64,000 nucleotides of DNA from the NCBI GenBank assembly GCA_030390025.1, contig CM059432.1, positions 21,640,001 through 21,704,000 of the forward strand. Reading direction: 5' to 3'. The notes beneath the pieces were generated by a model that was given only the letters and a program-made list of their open reading frames with translations, was not told where the DNA came from and did no database searches. The stretch is from Squalus acanthias. Taxonomy: Eukaryota. Positions 1 to 11,530 of the stretch are shown piece by piece. The position numbers and the translations under genes are program-made. Positions within the stretch are counted from its first letter, which is position 1. Each line of letters starts with the position of its first letter.

Positions 1-199
1 GGAGAGACCTGTACATCAATTCTGTTGGAAAGAACAATGGAGAGGCCCAGGGAAAGAGCTCAGAGTGCAGCCCCCACAGTCTCTTCTAAATCGATGCAAG
101 GAAGATCAAATCAAAAAGAACCTGCAAAGTGCTGCTCAGTACCCAAAACTCCTCAACACAGCTTTGAATTTCTCTTGCAGTCTCTCTCACTCAGAATGC

Positions 200-562
200 A
201 TGGCGGAAAAATTTTGCCGACAAAAAAAGGCAGGAAGCGGTCACCTTTAAATAGCGCTCCCCAGTCCCTTGCCAACTGCAAAACGTTCCCCTCAACCTGT
301 CGTTGCTAGCAGCAGGCGGTAAGACAGGGGGCGCCACTCAATATCCGGTCCGGGGCGCTACCGGGTCGTTGCACGCTCGACTGACGTCACGATCTGCGGG
401 CGCAGGAGATCGTGGCGGTAGTGCTTAGCGTCGCCGCAAAATGTCGAGTCAATTTCGTGAGCGGCGCAAACATTGCCGCGCACGGGCGCGAGTTGCTTTG
501 CACCCCATTAGCGCCCTCTTAAGGCGCTAACGGGAGGCGCAAACCAACCGAATTTTTCCCCC
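200..562. mobile_element. Right part of a GC-rich PIF/Harbinger-type non-autonomous element; left end not located
   Basis: Ends in AACCAACCGAATTTTTCCCCC, like the termini of the elements at 25532, 49849 and 53470. Internal sequence is similar and CpG-rich. Confidence 0.6.
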
Positions 563-820
563 ATGGAGCGGTGAGGCTATTCAGGGATTTAAACACAAAG
601 ATGAAAATTTTAAATCTGACGGAGACCGGGAGCCAATGTAGGTCAGCAAGAATAGGGCTGATGGGTGAGCAGAACTTGGTGCAGGACAGGATACGGGCCC
701 CAGAGATTTGGACGAGCTGAAGTTTCAGAGGGTAGAGGATGGGAGGTTGGCCAACAGAGTCTTGATATAGTTGAGTCTGGAGGTGACAATAGCATGGATG
801 AGGGTTTTTGGTGGTGTTGG
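563..820 (-). mobile_element. L2-clade LINE ORF2 C-terminal fragment
   Basis: Translation ARILSCTKFCSPISPILADLHWLPVSVRFKIFIFVFKSL matches the L2 'ITPVLxxLHWLP' motif. Confidence 0.75.
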
Positions 821-1766
821 ATGATGGATAAATGTTGGCCAGTACACCAGAAAGATTTCCTTGTTGTTCAATGAACATTGCTGTTTTATATGCACTTGAA
901 CAGGCAGCCTTGGTTTAATGTCTTACCTGAAAAATGGCACGTCTGACAATCCAGCCCTCCTTCAGTGCAGCACCCCTAATTATGGTAAGCATTTAATACA
1001 GCCCTACATCAATCCTGAGATTAAAAGAAAGCCTGCGAATGGTGGGCAACACAAATAATATGCAAATGCACCGCAAGTCAGTCAGTGCCTGAAGGAAAGT
1101 GATAGGTTAACCTTGCTGAGATTTTTTTTCTTTCTAATGCTTTTGTGCTCATCATATGCTAGGGAATTCCAATGCCTCACATTGCAGGCACCCTGTATCA
1201 ACATCAAGCACTCCTAAGTCAGATCTAGCACAGCTAGGATCAGGGTATAGCTTCCTCTGACCCAACCCCAACCCCAACCCAAAATGTTAACTTATCTTGC
1301 TCTATTCAAATGCTGAGTAGCTGTCCTGTGTATTTCCAGCATTTTCTGGTTTTATTTCCCCGTATTAATTCTCTTTCTATCTTACCATTAAACAACTAGT
1401 TCAACAAACTTATTAGTACCTGCAGCTCCTTTTCTCATCTAGTCACAGATGATGCTGTTACCCTGAAGTCCAACAGAGAAGCACCGAACAGTGAGGAGGA
1501 TAGTGATAGACTTCAAGAAGACATAGACAGGCTGGTGAAATGGGCGGACACGGGGCAGATGAAATTTAATGCAGAAAAGTGTGAAGTAATACATTTTGGT
1601 AGAAGAATAAGGAGAGGTAATATAAACTAAAGGGTACAATCCTAAAGGGGGTGCATGAACAGAGAGACCTGGGGGTATATGTACACAAATCGTTGAAGGT
1701 GGCAGGGCAGGTTGAGAAAGCGGTTAGAAAAGTATATGGGATCCTGGGCTTCAAAATAGAGGCATA

Positions 1767-2477
1767 GGGCTGGATTTTGATACTGGGGCGGGTTGGGGTC
1801 GTGTCATCCGCATTTCATAGAAACTAGGAGCAGGAGTAGGCCATTCGGCCCATCGAGCCTGCTCCACCATTCAATACGATCATGGCTGATCATCCAAATC
1901 CAGTACCCTGTCCCTGCTTTCTCACACAGAATCCCCATCAAGCCTGCACCGACACATATCCCACCCTATCCCCGTAACCCCACGTATTTAATTCCCCCTA
2001 ACATATCCCATCCTATCCCCGTAACCCCACATATTTAATCCCCCCCTAACACTAAGGGTCAATTTATCATAGCCAAATCAACCTAACCCGCACATTTTTG
2101 GACTGTGGGAGGAAACCGGAGCACCCGGAGGAAACCCACGCAAACACGGGGAGAATGTACAAACTCCACACAGACAGTCACCCGAGGCCAGATTCGAACC
2201 CGGGTCTCTGGCGCTGTGAGGCACCAGTGCTAACCACTATGCCACCGTGTTGCCATTTCGTGTTATCCACCCGCCTGCAATTGGATGTGGGAGATTGATG
2301 CAATTTTCACTTAATTGGGCAATTGAGTTCCAGCATGTGGGAACCCATGAACCAATTAGTGGTTTCAGTCTGAAAGTCGCCTCTGATGATGTCATCATTG
2401 CTGCTGCATTGCAGGTCAGAGACTGCCTGGCCTTTGCTGTGAGAGGACCTGGATGCAAAATGAGCAGCATCTCTAAG

Positions 2478-2509
<32 letters not shown>

Positions 2510-2961
2510 ATTTTTTTTTGCATCCAGGTCCTCTCACAGCAAAGGCCAGGCAGTCTCTGAAGGCATTCAATGCAGCAGCATCGGAGGCGACTTTCAGACC
2601 TAATACTACTACTACCTTCATCACATCTCCGTTGTAATAGTGGACCTGCAGCTGATAGTCAGCTATCCAAATGTGCTCCCGCCAGGTTTCACAATCATGG
2701 TTCAGAACAGGCGTGCTTCACGTAGATCAAGGGTTAAAATCACAAAATGGCATTATAGAGCCAATTTAGTGCTTGTTAAGGGCCTTAACAGCCTATCCCG
2801 CCTCTTAAAGGCGGGACGGAGTCGGGACCAGCAGACACGATTTAATGAAAATTGCGTGGAGGCGGGATGGAGGCGGACTTGTGCCCGCCGGCCAGTTTTC
2901 GGAATTTTAACCCCCCACACGCCTCCAAACTCGCCTCCATGGGTCAATGAAAATCCAGCCC
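1767..2961. mobile_element. PIF/Harbinger-type MITE containing a nested SINE and an internal hairpin
   Basis: Perfect 12-bp TIR GGGCTGGATTTT...AAAATCCAGCCC and 3-bp TSD ATA. Interrupts a CR1 reading frame. Confidence 0.9.
1817..2254 (-). mobile_element. HE1-like V-SINE (tRNA-derived head, CR1-derived tail)
   Basis: A box TGGCATAGTGG, B box GGTTCGAATC, V-domain-like GGGTTTCCTCCGGGTGCTCCGGTTTCCTCCCACA, CR1 tail GAATGGCCTACTCCTGCTCC. CATTTC on both flanks. Confidence 0.88.
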
Positions 2962-5154
2962 ATAGAGTACAAAAACAAGGAGTTATGATGAACCTTTATA
3001 AAACACTGGTTCGGCCTCAGCTGGAGTATTGTGTCCAATTCTGAGCACCGTACTTTAGGAAGGATGTGAAGGCCCTAGAGAGGGTGCAAAAAAGATTTAC
3101 GAGAATGATTCCAGGGATGAGGGACTTCAGTTACGTGGATAGACTGGAGAAGCTGGGGTTATTCTTCTTAGAGCAGAGAAGGTTGAGAGGAGATTTGATT
3201 GAGGTGTTCAAAATCATGAGGGGTCTAGACAGAGTAGATAGAGAGAAACTGGTCCCATTGGCGGAAGGGTCGAGAACCAGAGGACACAGATTTAAGGTAA
3301 TTGACAAAAGAACCAAAGACGACATGAGGGAAAACTTTTTTACTCAGCGAGTGGTTAAGATCTGGAATGCGCTGCCTGAAAGGGTGGTGGCGGCAGATTC
3401 AATCATGGCTTTCAAAAGGGAATTGGATAAGTACCTGAAGGAAAAAAATTGCAGGGCCACGGGGAAAGGACGGGGGAGTGGGACTAGCTGAAGTTCTCTT
3501 GCAGAAAATTGGCACGGGCTCGACGGGTCGAATGGCCTCCTTCTGTGTTGTAACCATTCTATGATTCTACGATTCTATCATCGGGCTTGTGTTTCGCAGC
3601 CTGAGATTTAAAACAACACATTTGAAGTCAGCGAACAGACGGCACAAGTGTTAACAATGTCTTAAGCTAAAATGTGTTCAGCAGAAGATATTAAACGGCA
3701 ATATTACTCAAGCCTGGTTACTGCAAGTCACACTAAAAGAGTGTCAGTGTGAGAACATGGATGCTGCAAGTGGTTCTGTGGCTGAGGGTGAGAGCCAAGA
3801 ACCAAATGCACAGCAAACAAAAAGTGTGATCCCTTGCATTCATCACCTCTTTAATTACTGTGATTCCAGGCACACAATGTTTTACTGAATGCAGCCTTAA
3901 TAGAGAATTTAAAAGACCCCATCTAATTAATAATGAACAATTTGATTATTTGTGTCTTGTTGACCTCAGTGGCAGGTGTGATCTTTATTCTCCTCAATAC
4001 AGGCTAATAGAGTTTTCAAAATTGATGCTTTAAGGAAGTAATTTTGCTTTAAGATCATGTATGTGTGTGACAAGGAGACAAATGGCCCCCACTAACTCCT
4101 ATAATCTCCCATCTATGTGGCTTAAAAACTCTAAAAGGGATCAGTGAGTTGCATCTTTATCGTGAGTGATTACCATAATGCGCCTGGATAATGCTTTGCG
4201 ATTTCCATTCCGCTCCTTTGTGAGATCTGTTCAGTAGCAGTTGAGAAACAGGACAGGCATTGCGAAACACGTCGAGTGAAACAATGAGAGTGGGGTCTAG
4301 TGCTTGAATGGCAGTAAATGAAAGAGTAGGAGAATTTCCAGCAGAGAAACAGTAAGGCTTTGTACAGAGGTGGAACCTTGAGGTCTTCATTATCAAAGTA
4401 GCCATCCAGAGCAACTGTACATTACATTCATATGTATTCTTCCCATAGCCTAGAAACGTTTAACTCTTTCACAACTGTTCCGAAAGTAACTGAAAGAAAC
4501 TCCTGAAATGCGGGCCTTTTTTGAGGTGAAGCATATTAAATGTATAGATTAGATTAGATTGGATTAGGAACAGCTTAAAGCCAGATTTATTTTAGATTCC
4601 AGAGACTTCAGAAAAAAGATTGTGAAGGAGTTCAACATTGACATCTTTCAATTAAAAATATGTAAATAAATAAAATAACCAGGTTGTCCTATCATCAATG
4701 GGTGATTCTTAAAGTTAGCTTGTGCAACTAAAATACCCATAATTCATGAGCTCTGTTAGACACTATTTTTCACAACAGGTGAGCAGTAAAATCACTTTGT
4801 TCTACCATTAAACTAATATTTAAAATGTTAATTTATATTTTACTCAATATGTGCAGAAACAATGGCGCCGATTTTAACCCTGTCCTCTCGGCAGAAAATG
4901 AGTGAGCGGACAGTTAAAATTGCCATTGGGACTTAACCACTCCGCTCCAACTCCCTTCCTGCGAGTTCCGATTTTAATCTGCTCTTCTGAGCAGAAGTGG
5001 TGGACATTCGTTGGAAGCTAGCTTCGTGAAATATGCAGATCGGGCTCCGATGACCTCCTCCTGATAGTCCCGACAGCAGTTTTGGGGTGTTTCTAAGCCC
5101 GGAAGAAGGTATAGAGAATAACCTTCAACACATTCATTCAAGACCAACAATGAT

Positions 5155-5880
5155 GGAAACTTGCACTTGGATAACAACTTTACCATAATAAAATGTCTCA
5201 AATCTTTCACAGAGGTGAAGCTACCAGGGCAATGAGCAGTGGAGAGGAGAAGAATTAGGAGTGGGAATCAAAGGCATGGTCAAAAAGGAGGCCTTTGAAA
5301 GAAGGGAGGTAGGCAGCAGAATGGAAGGGTTTAGGGAGAGCATGCCGGAGTGTGGAACTATTGCAGTTAAAGGCTCTCGAGATTGATGTCAGAGTACAGA
5401 GAGATGGGGGATGCAAAGGAGGCCAGTGTCAAAATTATGATGGAACACATAGGGACATAAGGCTGAAGCAGATTGCAGGTGTAAAGAGGGGCAAGGCCAT
5501 GGAGGAACGTGAATATAAGGACAAACATTTGGAAACCAATATATTATGGGATAGGACTTTAATGAAGGTTGGCAAAGACAGGAGTAATAGAGAATCAGGC
5601 TTGTTGTAGTTAAGATGTGGATAGCGGAGTTTTGGATGAGTTACAACTTATGACTGGTTCAGGACAGGAGGCCATCAAGGAGAGCGTTGGAGTAATCGAG
5701 TCTGGCGGTGACAAAAGTGTGGATCAGCATTGCAGCAGATGTTGGGATGGCATGGGGCAGAGGTGGGTGATGTTGCAGAGATGGAAATAGGTGGTCTCAG
5801 TGGTAGCTAGGTTTTGGGTTTTGAAACTTAACTCAGGTCAAATGGGACACCGAGCTTGCGCACCATCAGGCTGAGTCTAC
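5155..5880 (-). mobile_element. Old L2-clade LINE 3' fragment
   Basis: Degenerate similarity to the L2 pieces at 36062 and 60580, with an L2-type tail at the left end. Confidence 0.6.
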
Positions 5881-6336
5881 ACGATCTGTGAGGAATAAAG
5901 TCAGGTGCTAATGAACTGTGTTTTAGCTGAAAGCTGAAGAGCACTAAGGACCCTCTGAAGGAGCTGGAGCATTGCTGTGATCTGGGGATAGAAGTGAAGA
6001 GGGAGGTTGCCTATGTGAAATACTGTATTGAGGTACCCTTTTGGGAAGTGACAACCTGGTTGTTCTGTTGAATATGGATAAATTCAACTTGCACGTATAT
6101 TTCCTAATTAAAAATATCAATTGTGAAGTGAAAAAGATAGCGTAAAACTAGCCAGAATGCACGATTTATAATGTAAAAATTCAACGATGTTCAGGGAATT
6201 ATATCCTGGAGCCACACACAATATTCCTACCAGTGACGTGGTGTGGGGGATAGCATTTGGAAGAAGTATGTACCTGTTTGTTTTTAATACAGGCCTATTT
6301 CACTTTGGGCGAAAGTGCCCGAGCTACGAAAATCTA

Positions 6337-6428
6337 CACCACCACCACCTTCACAAGGGCAATTAGGGATGGGCAATAAATGCTGGCCTTGCCAGCGACG
6401 CCCACATCCCATGAATGAATAAAAAAAA
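6337..6428 (+). mobile_element. 3' tail of the second CR1-group LINE family (or its partner SINE)
   Basis: CACCACCACCTT...GGGCAATTAGGGATGGGCAATAAATGCTGGCCTTGCCAGCG plus an A-tail, matching 24670-24756 and 50885-50980. Confidence 0.8.
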
Positions 6429-8529
6429 GCTGCCTCCCTTCTGATTCCTAACTTCCTAGTGCCTAACTTTGCATAAAGAATGGATTAAATAGGCACCTTA
6501 CAAACATCAATGATTTCTTGATACACTTTGCTAATCCTTCAGTATATCATTCAAAAGAGGAAATATTGATTTATAATTACTTCTTGCAAATAGCCTCATT
6601 GATTCATTCACAACTGATCTTAATTGTAACTGCCATTTTTGTCCTTTGTTCATTTATATCAAAGCTACAGTGGAGGTTCATCAGTGCCTTGCGGTGCTGA
6701 GTGGAAGTTGCATTATTCGTTTTGAAATTATTACCTTATTTTGCAGAGCCGTCAACATTGAACAAATCGCAGGTGTGACTTCTCATTTGTGAGCCGTAGA
6801 CCTGAGGAAACTGGATAGTAACAGACAGCTACAGCATCGAACATTCACAGTAGTAGTGAAAAATCCACGAGGCCCTGTAGTGTTAATGAAGGATTATAAT
6901 AAGTGATTTTCACTGCCACTATGAATGCTGAGATACTCTTGACTCCACTGTGATCTAGTGCTTTCTCTTGCTCTCCGGAGGAAATCTCATGATTTACCAG
7001 CATAATAAAGTCACACAGAAAATCGTGATCATAAGAACATAAGAAAAAGGAGCAGGAGTAGGCCAGATCATGGCTGATCTTCTACCTCAACTCCACTTTC
7101 CTGCACTATCTCCAAAACCCAATGACTGAGCCTCCACAGCCCTCTACGGTAGAGAATTCCAAATTCCAAATTCTGAGGCTGTGACCCCTGGATCTAGACT
7201 TCCCAGCCAGGGGAAACATCCTCCCTGCATCTACCCTGTCAAGTCCTGTAAGAATTTTGTCTGTTTCAATGAGATCACCTCTCATTCTTTAAACTCTAGA
7301 GGATATAGGTCTAGACTACTCAATCTGTCCTCATAGGACAATCCCCCCATCCCAGGAATCAGTCTGGTGAACCTTCGTTGCACTCCTTCTATGGTAAGTA
7401 TATCCTTCCTTAGGTAAGGAGACCAAAACTGTACACAGTACTCCAGGTGTGGTCTCACCAGGGCCCTATATAATTGCAGTAAGACATCTTTAATCTTATA
7501 CTCAAATCCTCTCATAATAAAGGCCAAAATACCATTTGCTTTCCTAATTGCTTGCTGTGCCTGCATGTTAACTTTCAGTGATTTGTGTACAAGGACATCC
7601 AGGTCCCTCTGAACACCAACATTTCCCAATCTGCCACCGTTTAAAAAATACTCTGCTTTTCTATTTTTCCTACCAAAGTGGATAACTTCACATTTCCCCA
7701 CATTATATTCCATTTGCCATGTTCTTGCCCACTCACTTAGCTTGTCTATATCCTCTTGAAGCCTCTTTGCATCCTCCTCACAACTTACATTCCCACCTAG
7801 CGTTGTATCATCAGCAAACTTGGATATATTACATTTGGTCCCCTCATCCAAATCATTCTGGCTGAGGCACAAACACTGATCCTTGCGGTACCCCACTAGT
7901 TACAGCTTGCCAATCCGAAAATGACCCGTTTATTCCTACTCTCTGTTTTCTGTCTTTTAACCAATCCTCAATCCATGCTAGTATCCCCCAATCCCATGAG
8001 CCCTAATTTTGTTTAATAACCTTTTGTGTGGCACCTTATCGAATGTCTTCTGAAAATCCAAATACACCACATCCATTGGTTCCCCCTTATCTATTCTGCT
8101 AGTTACGACCTCAAAAAACTCTAACAGATTCGTCAAACACGATTTCCCTTTCATAAATCGTGTTGACTCTGCCCAATCCTATTATTATTTTCTAAGTGCC
8201 CTGTTACCACGTCCTTAATATAGATTCTAGCATTTTCCCTACTATTGATGTCAGGCTAACTGGTCTGTAGCTCCGCGTTTTCTCCCTCCCTCCTTTCTTA
8301 AATAGTAGGGTGACATTTGCTACCTTCCAATCCGCGGGAACCGTTCTAGAATCTATGGAATTTTGGAAAATGACAACCAAGACATCCACTATCTCTATAG
8401 CTAACTCTTTCAAAACCCTAGGATGTAGGCCATCAGGTCCAGGGAATTTATTGGCTTTCAGTCCCATTAATTTCTCCAGTAATATTTTTTTACCTAATAC
8501 TAATTTCTTTCAGTTCCTCATTCTTGCTA

Positions 8530-9836
8530 CATAAGAACATAAGACGTAGGAGCAGGAGTAAGTCATTTGGCCCCTCGAGCCTGCTCCACCATTCAATAAG
8601 ATCATGGCTGATCTGATCTTGGCCTCAATTCCACTTCCCTGCCCGCTCCCCATAACACTTGACTCCCTTACCATTCAAAAATCTCTATCTCCACCTTAAA
8701 TATATTCAATGACCCAACCTCCACAGCTCTCTGGGGAAGAGAGTTCCAAAGATTCACAACCCTCTGAGAGAAGAAATTCCTACTCATTTCCGATTTAAAA
8801 GGGTGCCCCCTTATTCTGAAATTATGCCCCCTAGTTCTAGATTCCTCCATGAGGGGAAACATCCTGTCTGCATCTACCCTGTCAAGCCCCTTCAGAATCG
8901 TATATGTTTCAATAAGATCCCCTCTCATTCTTCTAAACTCCAATGAGTATAGGCCCAACCTGCTCAACCTTTCTTCATAAGACAACCCCTTCAACTCTGG
9001 AATCATCCTCGTGAACCTTCTCTGAACTGCCTCCAATGCAAATATATCCTTCCTTAAATAAGGAGACCAAAACTGTACGCAGTACTCCAGGTGTGGTCTC
9101 ACCAACGCCCTGTACAGTTGTAACAGGACTTCCCTACTTTTATACTCCATTCCCTTTGCAATATAGGCCAACATTCCATTTGCCTTCCTAATTACTTGCT
9201 GTACCTGCATGCTAACTTTTTGTGATTCATGTACAAGGACCCCCAGATCCCTCTGTACCTCAGCATTTTGTAATCTCTCCCCATTTAAATAATAATTTGC
9301 TTTTTTATTTTTCCTACCAAAGTGGATAACCGTGCATTTTCCCACATTATACTCCATCTGCCAGATTTTTGCCCACTCACTTAGCCTATCTATATCCCTT
9401 TGGAGATTCTTTGCGTCCTCCACACAATTTGCTTTCCCACCTTTGCTTTGTATCATCAGCATATTTGGCTACATTACACTCGGTCCCTTCATCCAAGTCA
9501 TTAATATAGATTGTAAATAGTTGAGGCCCCAGCACTGATCCCTGCGGCACCCCACCAGTTACAGTTTGCCAACCTGAAAATGACCCATTTATCCCGACTC
9601 TCTGTTTTCTGTTCGTTAGCCAATCCTCTATCCATGCTAATATATTAGCCCCAACACCATGAGCTCTTATCTTGTGCAGTAACCTTTTATGTGGCACCTT
9701 ATCGAATGCCTTCTGGAAATCCAAATACACAACATCCACTGCTTCCCCTTTATCCACCCTGCTCGTTACATCCTCAAAGAACTCCAGAAACTTGTCAAAC
9801 ATGATTTCCCTTTCATAAAGCCATGCTGACTCTGTT
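8530..9836 (-). mobile_element. 5'-truncated CR1 LINE 'B' inserted into CR1 A
   Basis: RT motifs [27 protein letters not shown] and a 264-aa C-terminal ORF. Has its own 3' tail at 8530. Confidence 0.93.
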
Positions 9837-10179
9837 AGACTATATTATGACCCTTGGTTCTCCACTATTTCCGGGAAGTTTTTTGCGTCTTCTTCCGTGA
9901 AGAAGGCCATGATTTCGCCAGCGGAGGCTGGATCGTGGCGGGAGAGGTGGATGGCGGGTTTCGGCTCCGTTCCCAACTACAGCCGCTCTGTAAAAAGGTT
10001 TTTCCGTTAATAGGGCTTGTAAAGCCCGCCCTGCGGGGTTCCCAGCCAATTAAAAGGAAGCGGGTCTGATGACGTTATTTGATGACGCGTCATCAGCCGG
10101 TTTCCTTAAAGGGACCATGGCCGCATTCATTTTGACAGTTGTGCTGTCAGTGTTCTGCAGCATTGAGGTGCTGTAAACA

Positions 10180-10425
10180 CTGACAAGCACTGCACAAAGG
10201 TGCAGGGCTGCACCCAGGCTCTTGCATGACTACCTCCATATGCTTATGGAGGGAGTCACAGCACGCAGGGAGGTTTTCTTCCCTTCCAATGGGTGGAAGA
10301 GACCTCCCCAGGACACCAATGCAGCTTGATTGTACATTGCACAGGAGGGCAAAATCAGGGATGTCATCAGGAGGACCAGGCTGCAGTGGCACAAACCTTT
10401 CAATGATCTCAGTAGATCACAAAAC
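10180..10425 (+). pseudogene. Myb/SANT-like (trihelix) DNA-binding domain exon of Harbinger, with one in-frame stop
   Basis: RAAPRLLHDYLHMLMEGVTARREVFF...A*LYIAQE...RRTRLQWHKPFNDL, followed by a GT donor-like site. Confidence 0.75.
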
Positions 10426-10626
10426 GTTACTGCAAAGCCACACTCAACCTCATCCTGCTGTGCCACTCATCACATCCCCATCAGTCTGCCTTCCCTACCA
10501 TAATCCTACCCATTCTTACTCACACCAACTTACCTTGCACCTCCACCATCCCTCTCTATCTACATTATCACTTCCCCATCTCACTAGCCACCCCTCACAC
10601 TCACCCTTATCCTAGTGCAATCATAC

Positions 10627-11530
10627 ATAGAATCATAGAATCATAGAAAGTTACAGCACGGAAGGAGGCCATTTCGGCCCATTGTGTCCGCGCCGGCCAA
10701 CAAAGAGCTATCCAGCCTAATCTCACTTCCCAGCTCTTGGTCCTGTAGCCCTGCAGGTTAGAGCATCCCAAGTACACATCCAAGTACTTTTTAAATGTGG
10801 TTAGGGTTCCTGCCTCTACCACCCTTTCAGGCAGTGAGTTCCAGACCCCCACAACCCTCTGGGTGAAGACATTTCCGCTCAAATCCCTCTAAACCATCCC
10901 CCAATTACTTTAAATCTGTGCCCCCTGGTTTTTGACCTCTCTGCTAAGGGAAATAGGTCCTTTCTATCCACTTTATCTATGCCCCTCATAATTTGATACA
11001 CCTCAATAAGGTCTCCCCTCAGCCTCCTCTGTTCCAAGGAAAACAGACCCAGCCTATCCAGTCTTTCCTCATAACTAAGATTCTCTGCTCCTGGCAACAT
11101 CCTTGTAAATCTCCTCTGTACCCTCTCTAGTGCAATCACATCTTTCCTGTAATGTGGTGACCAGAACTGCATGCAGTACTCTAGCTGAGCCCTAACAAGT
11201 GTTTTATACAGTTGAAGCATAACCCCCCTGCTCTTGTATTCTATGCCATGGCTAATAAAGGCAAGCATTCCGTATGCCTTCTTAACCACCTTATCTACTT
11301 GGCCTGCTACCTTCAGGGATCTGTGGACATGCACTCCAAGGTCCCTTTGTTCCTCTACACTACTCAGTGTCCCATCATTTAATGTGTATTCCCTTTCCTT
11401 GTCAGTCCTCCCCAAATGCATTACCTCACACTTCTCCAGACTGAATTCCATTTGCCACTGTTCTGCCCACCTGACCAATTTATTGATATCTTCCTGCAGT
11501 CTACAGCTTCCTTCTTCAGTATCAACCACA
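10627..11530 (-). mobile_element. 5'-truncated CR1 LINE 'C' inside Harbinger copy 1
   Basis: RT C-terminal ORF, (CATAGAAT)n tail and CATAC duplication. The empty site is visible in Harbinger copy 2. Confidence 0.93.

Larger units (their letters stand above)
1490..3580 (+). mobile_element. 5'-truncated CR1 (HER1-like) LINE split by a MITE
   Basis: RT C-terminal motifs LYKTLVRPQLEYCVQF and ALERVQKRFTRMIPG. 3' tail with (ATTCTAT)n. Sequence is continuous across the ATA duplication at 1764-1766 / 2962-2964. Confidence 0.92.

Noticed and set aside
25..200. MERPRERA as the start of another Harbinger Myb gene
   Set aside because: The resemblance is only a few residues and the element's left end is not visible.
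1260..1282. (CCCCAA)n telomere-variant run
   Set aside because: Only about three imperfect units of a non-vertebrate motif; treated as simple sequence.
4157..4460. Two overlapping open frames on the minus strand after a TTTCTAG acceptor-like site
   Set aside because: No recognisable protein and no clear donor; compatible with chance.
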